A DNA stretch of 29,434 nucleotides. Source: a virus. The notes below the pieces were generated by a model. It was not told the origin of the DNA, did not search any database, and saw nothing but the letters and a program-made list of their open reading frames with translations. The DNA is taken from the UHGV virus genome UHGV-0114363; one strand, 5' to 3'. The position numbers and the translations under genes were made by a program. Shown piece after piece: positions 1 through 7,325 of the stretch. Positions within the stretch are counted from its first letter, which is position 1. Each line of letters opens with the position of its first letter.

Positions 1-81
1 TTGCCCACCTCAATTTTAACTGATTATTGATATTGAAAACTCGTACTTTTAACTGATACAGATATTTAGGAAACCATAAAT

Positions 82-447
82 TTATTTGTCCAAGATTCTA
101 TCCATAATATTTCTTAGTTCTTGTCTGGTTGATTCTATTTTAGCAAGCAACGTTTTGATCAATGAGGGTGAAAAATCAACTGTGCGTGGATCGTTAGCTA
201 ACCACAGTTTAAGTAACCCACCAAGTCGACCAAGATCAGCATTTACTCGGCTAAGCTCTACAACCTGTTCAATATCTACAATAGACTCAACCTGATAACC
301 CATTGCTACTTTACGAATGAAGCTCGCTACACTTAAGCCAGATGCTTCTGCATTTTCCTGGATTTGCGCTTTTTCATCTGGCAAACAATAAACTTTAATT
401 GGTGTACTATTTTTTCTAGTCTGAGAAACGGTCATATCATTCTCCAT
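82..447 (-). CDS. NikA/MobC-like ribbon-helix-helix relaxosome accessory (mobilization) protein
   Basis: 121-aa ORF; segment KVYCLPDEKAQIQENAEASGLSVASFIRKVAMG...LGRLGGLLK resembles the RHH core of plasmid NikA/MobC-type oriT-binding proteins (recollection of R64 NikA pattern). A GAGGTG Shine-Dalgarno at the extreme left edge (minus sense) suggests the next gene, plausibly a relaxase, starts just off-window. Confidence 0.5.
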   Translation of the reverse strand: MENDMTVSQTRKNSTPIKVYCLPDEKAQIQENAEASGLSVASFIRKVAMGYQVESIVDIEQVVELSRVNADLGRLGGLLKLWLANDPRTVDFSPSLIKTLLAKIESTRQELRNIMDRILDK

Positions 448-515
448 ACAGGCGGTAGCCGATCAGCCTCGCAGAGCAGGACTCCGTTGAGCAGCCCAGC
501 TGCTAATAAGAGAAG

Positions 516-553
516 GTAAAGTAGAAGCACCGTTTACGGTGGGCCTACTTTAC
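516..553. repeat. Inverted repeat GTAAAGTAG / CTACTTTAC enclosing palindrome ACCGTTTACGGT; candidate oriT or operator element
   Basis: Perfect 9-bp arms at 516-524 and 545-553 with nested palindrome at 529-540; lies about 70 bp upstream of the NikA/MobC-like start codon; no flanking T-tract so not an intrinsic terminator. Confidence 0.4.
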
Positions 554-584
554 ATGTCCTGCCCTACATTTGCCGTTGTGAATC

Positions 585-623
585 TGTGTACGTATTGTGT
601 ATTCCTGTGTACTCAGTGTGTTT
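585..623. repeat. Four helically phased TGTGT(A/T) direct repeats (candidate protein-binding array)
   Basis: TGTGT cores start at 585, 596, 606 and 617 (spacing 11, 10, 11 bp) in the intergenic region between the AlpA-like and NikA/MobC-like genes. Confidence 0.4.
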
Positions 624-717
624 TCCTAAAGCATTTGTGCAGGATTAGTAGTGTAAAAATGTGCAGCATATGTGTTTATTGGAAGGGAAATTATTTGAAT
701 GACCCTAAGAAATATTT

Positions 718-1011
718 TTATTCTCGCGGCTTGGGTTTTGGCGGCCTGCCACGTTTCCTTTGAAACCTATTTATCTCTTTCGCTATATCGTCATTTTCTG
801 TCTTTGACTCAACAGATTTATCTATCCAATCCTTAACATCTTCTCTACGCCAGAGAAGACGTTTATTACCGGGAAGACGGCATCTTGGTGGAAGACATTT
901 TGGATTTCGCGTTGCATCACTGCGGATACTTTTTACAGTTTTCTTTAATGCAAAAGCCAACTCTTCAACGGTTATAAGTTCTGGCATAACTGATTTCATC
1001 GAAGAACCCAT
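718..1011 (-). CDS. AlpA-family helix-turn-helix regulator / excisionase-like protein with C-terminal AT-hook
   Basis: 97-aa ORF; LITVEELAFALKKTVKSIRS...LLWRREDVKDWI matches the AlpA/Xis-type HTH pattern; C-terminal KRGRPPKPKP is an AT-hook-like basic tail. Start could be 1011 or 999. Confidence 0.6.
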   Translation of the reverse strand: MGSSMKSVMPELITVEELAFALKKTVKSIRSDATRNPKCLPPRCRLPGNKRLLWRREDVKDWIDKSVESKTENDDIAKEINRFQRKRGRPPKPKPRE

Positions 1012-1033
1012 CTCTCAGTAGAAATTTGAGGAT

Positions 1034-1061
1034 TTTAGCGGCTAAAATTTTAGCCGCTAAA
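1034..1061. promoter_or_regulatory. 28-bp perfect palindrome TTTAGCGGCTAAAATTTTAGCCGCTAAA (candidate operator)
   Basis: Arms 1034-1047 and 1048-1061 are exact reverse complements; sits 23-50 bp upstream of the AlpA-like start codon. Confidence 0.5.
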
Positions 1062-1311
1062 GTTTGCTAACCAACGTTATGAATTGAGAATAATTAAAAC
1101 TTACTGGCAAAAAGAATAATGTCAACAGGATTTTTATTCATCGGATTTTTACTCCATATGAAATTGGTTTTATTGACCGATTTCTGAATGACACTAAGGT
1201 TTTAATAATTCCTTTAATCTTTTTGGTTATATAAAAGGTTAAAGATCAGGTTAGAGAGGTGTGGAAAAGCGATATATTCATTTGTATATTATGACAATTT
1301 TAAATTATATC

Positions 1312-1372
1312 CGTACCTCAAATGTCATGAAAGCGTACCTCATATGTCATAAAGGCGTACCTCATATGTCAT
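1312..1372. repeat. Three iteron-like direct repeats with 22-bp phase (core CGTACCTCA(A/T)ATGTCAT)
   Basis: 17-bp cores at 1312-1328, 1334-1350 and 1356-1372; copies 2 and 3 identical, copy 1 differs at one base; followed by several hundred bp of very AT-rich non-coding DNA. Confidence 0.6.
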
Positions 1373-1460
1373 ATAATAAAAAATAAGCAAACAAGTTATA
1401 CACAATATTATTCACAGAATCTGTGGATAAATACACAGATTATACATGATAAAATAGATT

Positions 1461-1659
1461 GTTTAGCTAAACTAAATAGCAATAAATAAAATGAAACAAA
1501 ATGTAAATAACAGAGAGTTGTAGATAACTTATAAATTTGGTTAGCTAACCTTTATAAGAAACACTGTTTGTAAAAGATTCATTTCTGACAACGGATATAT
1601 CGAAATTTAGTAAGTAAAATGCCACAGCTAAATCTTTTATATCATTTGTTTAGCTATAC
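1461..1659. promoter_or_regulatory. Three dispersed palindromic sites with TTAGCTA core (candidate operators)
   Basis: GTTTAGCTAAAC at 1461-1472 (perfect palindrome), GGTTAGCTAACC at 1539-1550 (perfect palindrome), GTTTAGCTATAC at 1648-1659 (one mismatch); the TTTAGC half-site also occurs in the 28-bp palindrome at 1034-1061. A CACAGAATCTGTG palindrome lies at 1413-1425. Confidence 0.45.
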
Positions 1660-1974
1660 TATTTTTACTAAGGGTTATGTATATCTAAACTACAAAAACA
1701 GCAATGCAAAAGATAAACGGGTAACAATCGTAGAAAAGCTTTGTTGCTGAGGGGTTACCCTCATTGGAAACCGGCTTGAGATAAGTATCATATGAGGATA
1801 TCAAATCCGACTGGTGAGGCCAGGTTTGATAATTTGAAGCGCTGGACGTAGCGTAGATGCCACAATAGAGGAGACAATAGTAAATTAAATTATAAGATAA
1901 ATGCAGATTTTTGTTTCGCTATGAAGTTATCACTGAAGATAAAGTATTCTAAGATAGATGAATGTGAGGTTGCC

Positions 1975-2235
1975 ATGACAACGATGAAAGCTAGACCCAG
2001 TTCTGTTGCGGATATTCTTTTAAATGAGTATTTGAAACCTTTAGCTATGTCTTCACGTGACTTAGCTAATTTGATGGGAGTACCTTATAGCAGAATTGAC
2101 GATATATTACGACACTCTAAAAATATAAGTAATAGAGAGGGGGAATTACTTTCTAAAATCTTCAATACTGATAGCGATTTTTGGATAAAACTTCAAGAAA
2201 ACTATATAAATCATACATGCAAATTCCATAAATAG
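1975..2235 (+). CDS. HigA-family antitoxin-like XRE helix-turn-helix protein (solitary)
   Basis: PSSVADILLNEYLKPLAMSSRDLANLMGVPYSRIDDILRHSKNISNREGELLSKIFNTDSDFWIKLQ matches the HigA-type HTH pattern; GAGGT Shine-Dalgarno 4 nt before the ATG at 1975. No toxin-sized ORF on either side. Confidence 0.6.
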   Translation: MTTMKARPSSVADILLNEYLKPLAMSSRDLANLMGVPYSRIDDILRHSKNISNREGELLSKIFNTDSDFWIKLQENYINHTCKFHK

Positions 2236-2499
2236 TGCATAAACGCTAACTTAAGGCATATATTATTTGTACTACGCCGTTGTATTAAAGAGAGATATCA
2301 AGCAACAAAAATCAACTATAATAGGTAAAAAATCAGTATGAAGGAATTATCACAATCTGCACGATGGTTCTAATATAAATTTAGTAAAATAAAACATAAA
2401 TCATTTCCGTATAAAAAGATGGCCAGGTCTTTATCATCGACCCAGCCAATTAGTAAAGGATTTTTCATTTCAAACTCATTAAACCTTAGGCATAAAACC

Positions 2500-4989
2500 T
2501 TAATGTTCAATATCTATTTGATTATCAATTTGAATAATGTTTTGAATCTCACTGTAAATATCAATGTTCTCATCTGGTACATCTATGCTAACCAATAAAC
2601 TATATTTAACATTGTTAATATAGCGATCCTGCGCAGTACGATATTTCCACCATCCACCAACAGGATAGACAGCGATAGTATTCATCTCTGTTAAATCTGC
2701 AGCACTGCCTTTCCAAGCATCTGAGTGTAATGAACCTCTAACTCTGAGTTGAGGCCCCAGAAACCATCCTGACGCATCTCCTTCAGGTCCATTGTATTCT
2801 TCATTATTCGCATTACGGTTTATCGAAGCACGGAAATTTTCAAGGGTCTGATTAGGTCTAATAACTGCAAATCTCAATCCATGAGATTGATACGAATATT
2901 GTCGTCTGAATCCTTTTTGACTTGGATTAGGTTCAATAAAATACGACAATGTGATTCTTAAAATAACATTTGTTTCTGGTGGTAGTAAGCGAAGAGCTTC
3001 TACGGGCCAAGGGAGTGAAAACAGATGCATTTCATTCAATGTAGGATCAGTAGAACCATCTCTTTTAAATGGGGTGATTTCCGACTGAGATATTAATGTA
3101 AGTGCATTTTCCGCACTATGCATTGCTCGATTTAAATTAGGTACTCCATAACCAACCATCCTTAATAAGCTTTCTTTAGCCGATTTTGGTGTCCCCTGTG
3201 CACGTTCTGTTCTATATCGTTCGTGCATACGACTAGTCCATCTTGCTGTATGAACAAGTAATCCCCTAATAGTTTCAGGCCAATATTCTGGGTACTGAGC
3301 CATTAGCATAGCAGCATGTTTTGATACTAGAGCACAGGCTGCGCTAGTATCTGAATTAACTTCAAACAATTGATTTGTTGCCCTGCCAGAGGTTGTGAGC
3401 AAAGATAATTCAATTGTATTTGTGATTTCATCACGGCTAGGTGATATAAGTTTGTTTCCGCCTTCCTCTACTAAATCTGGCTTATATGGGGCATGCTTTT
3501 TCCATCCCCAGGATACCGATGACCGAGATGACGGTGCAATATCTTCTGACATAGCGAAAGGAGACCAACCATCATATTCGCGGTCTGTATGGGTTGTTTT
3601 ATCAGTATACGCCCCTACAGTTAATGCATTCCAAGATTGAGCAGGATCTTCAATTTCAGCAAGAGTCACTGAATCCCAATAATCTAATTCTAAATTTGTA
3701 GGTTGAGAGTTACCCGCAGAAATTATAAATAATCTGCGGATATCATCCTCTAAACCAAAACTAAACTTGTCAATCTCTGCAGACCATGAGGACGGTTGGC
3801 CTCCAAGAGTATTAGGCTCTGCTGTCACAGCAAGCGAATAAACTCTGCGCCAGTTCGGGTTTTCCAGCTCCAGACGACTTGACGTTCCTGTAGTAATAGC
3901 TCCATAAAGATTAGGATCATTAGTAGCTCTTGGAGGTAGTATCCTTCCTGATTCGATATTGTACGGAATCGAAATGTCCTGATCGTTCAATAAAACAGAC
4001 AGGAAATCTCCATAAACACATAGTCCTGCTTGTCTGGAACCGTGGTCATTATAAGGCCTTTGATTATAATCATCGAAAAGTGGCCAAGATATGTCCCAAG
4101 CAGCTGCCAGTGATGAGTTAGTAAATCTAGATAATAGTGGATTATTGTAGTTAACACCTGTATCTAATATACAAACAGAAACATCAGCTTCATTGTTACG
4201 CGTAATTCTTGCAGCAACATTTTCTGCCCACTGATGCTGTTCTGTAGGTAAGGAATTAACTATAACTGATATATCATCCCTCGCTGATCTTATCTCTTTT
4301 AAATTAGATATTAATTCAGGACAAACTTTTAATCTCGATAGACTCGTACGGATAAGAACAACAGTAGTATCGAAAAAATTAATAGAAGTATTCCCGAGCC
4401 TTCCATTAATTCTTTCGCATAAACGCCGAGCAATATTTAGCACATCCTCCTTATTACCCTTAAGCCAAAGCTCAAACCACTTTTCAACACCGTGATCATC
4501 CGGAATAAGATCTTTTTTATCTGTCCAGAAAGAAGTTATATCTGCTAACTCGATATTTTGTATGCTATCAATTAACAAATGATTTCTAGGGAACTCGATA
4601 CCATCCTTCGATGGATTCAAATAGTCATTTATTTTTTTAGTGAATTTAGTTCTGTCATTTTCATTAATGTATATAATCGCAGTTTCACGATTATTTGATT
4701 TAACTAAAGAACAAAGCTTGAAATAAGTATTATCGATTTTATCTATAGGAAGATCGCATTGTTCAAAACTGATTAGCCTAACATAAATCCCTTTTTCATC
4801 AGTAACAGGGGGAAGCCTCGGTCTTTCATCATAATGATTCAATATACGGCTATACTGATTTAGTAATGATATACCATGTACCGCTCGATCACGAGCTGGG
4901 ACTTGGGGACTACGACCATTGCTCCTAGAGCGATAGTTTTCGGGGGAAACATAGCCGTTTAATAAAATATGCCTCTTGTTGGTAGTCAT
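2500..4989 (-). CDS. Subtilisin-like serine peptidase (S8 family), 829 aa, with extra N- and C-terminal domains
   Basis: Catalytic residues in canonical subtilase order: Asp in VCILDTGVN (about residue 276), His in YNDHGSRQ (316), oxyanion Asn in FIISAGNSQ (427), Ser in NSDTSAACALV (549); ALTVGAYT motif present. AGGGA Shine-Dalgarno overlaps the 3' end of the upstream ATPase gene (8-nt gap). Confidence 0.8.
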   Translation of the reverse strand: MTTNKRHILLNGYVSPENYRSRSNGRSPQVPARDRAVHGISLLNQYSRILNHYDERPRLPPVTDEKGIYVRLISFEQCDLPIDKIDNTYFKLCSLVKSNNRETAIIYINENDRTKFTKKINDYLNPSKDGIEFPRNHLLIDSIQNIELADITSFWTDKKDLIPDDHGVEKWFELWLKGNKEDVLNIARRLCERINGRLGNTSINFFDTTVVLIRTSLSRLKVCPELISNLKEIRSARDDISVIVNSLPTEQHQWAENVAARITRNNEADVSVCILDTGVNYNNPLLSRFTNSSLAAAWDISWPLFDDYNQRPYNDHGSRQAGLCVYGDFLSVLLNDQDISIPYNIESGRILPPRATNDPNLYGAITTGTSSRLELENPNWRRVYSLAVTAEPNTLGGQPSSWSAEIDKFSFGLEDDIRRLFIISAGNSQPTNLELDYWDSVTLAEIEDPAQSWNALTVGAYTDKTTHTDREYDGWSPFAMSEDIAPSSRSSVSWGWKKHAPYKPDLVEEGGNKLISPSRDEITNTIELSLLTTSGRATNQLFEVNSDTSAACALVSKHAAMLMAQYPEYWPETIRGLLVHTARWTSRMHERYRTERAQGTPKSAKESLLRMVGYGVPNLNRAMHSAENALTLISQSEITPFKRDGSTDPTLNEMHLFSLPWPVEALRLLPPETNVILRITLSYFIEPNPSQKGFRRQYSYQSHGLRFAVIRPNQTLENFRASINRNANNEEYNGPEGDASGWFLGPQLRVRGSLHSDAWKGSAADLTEMNTIAVYPVGGWWKYRTAQDRYINNVKYSLLVSIDVPDENIDIYSEIQNIIQIDNQIDIEH

Positions 4990-4997
4990 TTCATCCC

Positions 4998-5984
4998 TTA
5001 TTGTCTACTTTCTTGCCTACGCTTTATAGCCTTTACTAACAAATCGGTTGTAATATTGTTTGCATTATAAAGCACTGATTCTTTGGCAGCATCTTCACTT
5101 GCTCGCGTGATCTCCGCTGCACTTAGACCTGAAGCACTATCAATGATCTCACTCCAAAATAAATTACCGAGGTCAAAGACAGCGAGTCTCTGTTCAATAA
5201 GATTCCTGATTAGATTATCCTCAGGCCTTGTGAACGGTATAATATCGTCAAATCGTCTATATAAGGCGCGATCTAAAAGCTCTGGATGATTGGTTGCAGC
5301 TAAAACTATGCTCTCAGAATCATCCTGCTCTACAAACATTAAAAAAGAATTTAAGACCCTACGAATTTCTCCAACGTCATTCTGAGCGCCACGCTGAGTT
5401 CCTATAGCATCGAACTCGTCAAAAAAATATACAGCTCTTGTTTGCCGTATGTGGTCAAAAATTAAACGCAGCTTAGCTGCAGTTTCACCCATATAGCGAG
5501 TGATTAGATTATCTAAGACGACTGTATAAAGTGGTAGCTTTAACTCTGTAGCAATGACTGATGCGGACATTGTCTTACCAGTACCGGGAGGACCAGTGAA
5601 AAGAATTTTTCTTCTTGGAATAAGCCCAAACTCAGAAAGTTTATCTTTCTGTTTTTGTTCAAGCAGAACCTGATTCAATCTTTCCCTAACGCTTCCAGAA
5701 ATCACCAGATCTTGAAGATGTACTGGCTTGTTCGTTTGCTCAAGTAACCCCTTAAGATCACCATCAGGCTGCTTAACAAATGGTGTAAGTCGTTTTTCAA
5801 CTAAACCTACAGAACTCGTTGTTTTCTGATTTTTATCAACTAAGTTTTTTATATCATTAGCAAGCTTATGATGACCTTGCCTTGCTTCCTTAGCTGCCAC
5901 CTGCAAAGCAATAGAAAAGAAACGCTGATCATCACGATCAACGTGGCTTTTCAATAAAGCTTTGATCTGCTCTGCAGTAGCCAT
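4998..5984 (-). CDS. AAA+ ATPase (classical AAA clade), 328 aa
   Basis: Walker A GPPGTGKT (131-138), Walker B VYFFDEFD (about 186-192), sensor-1 LAATNHPELLD (about 229-238) and RRFD (243-246); roughly 100-aa helical N-terminal region; first gene of a two-gene operon with the S8 peptidase. Confidence 0.85.
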   Translation of the reverse strand: MATAEQIKALLKSHVDRDDQRFFSIALQVAAKEARQGHHKLANDIKNLVDKNQKTTSSVGLVEKRLTPFVKQPDGDLKGLLEQTNKPVHLQDLVISGSVRERLNQVLLEQKQKDKLSEFGLIPRRKILFTGPPGTGKTMSASVIATELKLPLYTVVLDNLITRYMGETAAKLRLIFDHIRQTRAVYFFDEFDAIGTQRGAQNDVGEIRRVLNSFLMFVEQDDSESIVLAATNHPELLDRALYRRFDDIIPFTRPEDNLIRNLIEQRLAVFDLGNLFWSEIIDSASGLSAAEITRASEDAAKESVLYNANNITTDLLVKAIKRRQESRQ

Positions 5985-6448
5985 AACCCCTCATACTCCC
6001 TTGTTCTCTTGTTGCAAAGTTTACTATAAATTCATTTAGTTCGACATCGTTACCTACCTGCTCATTACAGGAAAGTAATACCTTCATGAGCGTATCATCA
6101 ATGATCAAAGTGTAATCAAACACCTAGGCATAGTACCTTCACTACGTGAACTGTATCACTCATTGTTATGTAACCTGAGTGTCCCTTTCTGGCACTTAGC
6201 TCTATCGGATAATGTATTTAAGCTGTTAATTTATAAGATTTTTCATCACTAAACTGTCTTTCATGCAACGCATCGATAAGGTCAACACATTACGTTTATA
6301 AGGAAGTAGTTTGTTTAGCGTAATGATGCAAATGCTGACCAATTAGCTTTGCCACAATTTTGCCACACCTACAACGCGCAAAATTGCACATTAGTGTTGA
6401 ACAAAGCAAAATACTGCAATAGTAACTTGATGATTTTACGAGAAAAGA

Positions 6449-6494
6449 TGGTGCCGATAATAGGAGTCGAACCTACGACCTTCGCATTACGAAT
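6449..6494 (-). other. Partial tRNA-Thr(CGU) 3' end (46 nt): anticodon loop through CCA; att core repeat
   Basis: Minus-strand sequence ATTCGTAATGCGAAGGTCGTAGGTTCGACTCCTATTATCGGCACCA has a CGT anticodon loop, GGTTCGACTCC T-arm and terminal CCA; no D-arm or 5' acceptor half follows, so it is a 3' fragment typical of an integrase att duplication. Matches my recollection of enterobacterial thrW. Confidence 0.7.
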
Positions 6495-6655
6495 CTGTAG
6501 CACCAATCATAACTATCTGTTTTAGCAAGCATTAACCGCATTCACTAAGTTATAGTTGATGGCACAAACAGAAAGTTGATGCATGATGTTTTCATGCGTA
6601 TGTCACAAATACGGCACAACAATCTTCAAATATGTAGACACACATCCACAGGAGA

Positions 6656-6691
6656 GCACAAAGCCTTGCAATACAGTGCAAAGCTTTGTGC
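6656..6691. terminator. Long hairpin (15-bp stem, one mismatch, 6-nt loop) downstream of the tail fiber assembly gene
   Basis: GCACAAAGCCTTGCA-ATACAG-TGCAAAGCTTTGTGC; only a weak T-run follows (GTTTTGT at about 6697-6703) so terminator function is uncertain. Confidence 0.35.
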
Positions 6692-6719
6692 GTATCAGTT
6701 TTGTCCTGTGCGCCGGATG

Positions 6720-7325
6720 TCATCTGGCCTGAACTTCCGGAGGCGTAGGCCATTCAATATCCGGTGCGCTGGCGGTATCAACGCCCTCCAGCGCATCCAG
6801 ATAATCAAGCCAGGCATTATATTGTTCTTTTTCTGCGTCCTTCAGGCGACCCATTGCTGCTTTACCAGGCCATTGCTTACCATTCATAAAGTCATTGGCC
6901 TGGCTAATCAGCGCCTGTAGTTTTGTTGCCGCCACAGAAATATCATATGCGCGCTGAGCTTCGGGATCGGCAACCCATTTATTACCATCCCATTTATCAA
7001 ACTTTGTAGTTGGTGCTTCAAAAGTAAAGCCTTCACGCAACGGTCCAATATATTCGATAGTCACCGGCTTCCCGTTACTGGTGGTGTATGCTGTTTCTCC
7101 ACGATGGTCTTCTTTAAGCACCCACTCAGATCCAGAAAAAATAAATACCTTCCCTCCTGCTTCGGCCCCTGGTTCTATCGCCGTAGAGCATCCGGGCATA
7201 CTGACACCGATGTTAATAAACTCGTCAGACCATCCCATATATTCAGAAGTCACAGCGTCGTAGTAATAACAGCGGATTTCACCCGGTTCTGTTGCCAGTC
7301 CGTTTACATCGAAAACAGGTTTCAT
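6720..7325 (-). CDS. Tail fiber assembly protein (Tfa)
   Basis: C-terminal EKEQYNAWLDYLDALEGVDTASAPDIEWPTPP is the conserved Tfa C-terminal signature; start overlaps the fiber gene stop. Confidence 0.8.
   Translation of the reverse strand: MKPVFDVNGLATEPGEIRCYYYDAVTSEYMGWSDEFINIGVSMPGCSTAIEPGAEAGGKVFIFSGSEWVLKEDHRGETAYTTSNGKPVTIEYIGPLREGFTFEAPTTKFDKWDGNKWVADPEAQRAYDISVAATKLQALISQANDFMNGKQWPGKAAMGRLKDAEKEQYNAWLDYLDALEGVDTASAPDIEWPTPPEVQAR

Larger units (their letters stand above)
1..6448. mobile_element. AT-rich accessory island, putative integrative mobilizable element or satellite-like island (partial, continues past left edge)
   Basis: Visibly AT-richer than the prophage to the right; carries relaxosome-accessory gene, AlpA-family gene, iterons, orphan HigA-like gene and ATPase-subtilase cargo; bounded on the right by a tRNA-Thr 3' fragment. 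No integrase or relaxase inside the window. Confidence 0.4.

Noticed and set aside
539-763. 74-aa plus-strand ORF across the candidate oriT region
   Set aside because: Translation is Cys/Val/Phe-rich low-complexity generated by the TGTGT repeats; the region is better explained as a regulatory repeat array.
1312-1372. CRISPR array interpretation of the 22-bp-phased repeats
   Set aside because: Only three units with 5-bp spacers and no cas genes; geometry fits iterons, not CRISPR.
1921-1974. Upstream start (MKLSLKIKYSK...) for the HigA-like gene
   Set aside because: The HTH homology begins after the internal ATG at 1975, which has a GAGGT Shine-Dalgarno at proper spacing; the first 18 codons are AT-rich leader.
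1700-1975. Degenerate HigB/RelE toxin remnant upstream of the HigA-like gene
   Set aside because: Hand translation of all plus frames gives only peptides under 20 aa with no toxin-like motifs; cannot be supported without a similarity search.
5938-6123. 61-aa minus-strand ORF upstream of and overlapping the ATPase start
   Set aside because: Starts with GTG, overlaps the ATPase N-terminus in another frame, no convincing ribosome-binding site; more likely promoter/leader sequence. Left open as a possible small leader peptide.
6145-6170. Possible LexA (SOS) box near CTGTATCACTCATTGT upstream of the ATPase operon
   Set aside because: Only one CTGT half-site; the second half is TTGT/ACAA rather than ACAG, so it does not meet the CTGT-N8-ACAG consensus.
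6576-6920. 114-aa plus-strand ORF overlapping the Tfa gene 3' end
   Set aside because: Antisense overlap with the well-supported Tfa gene; Cys/Arg-rich low-complexity translation.
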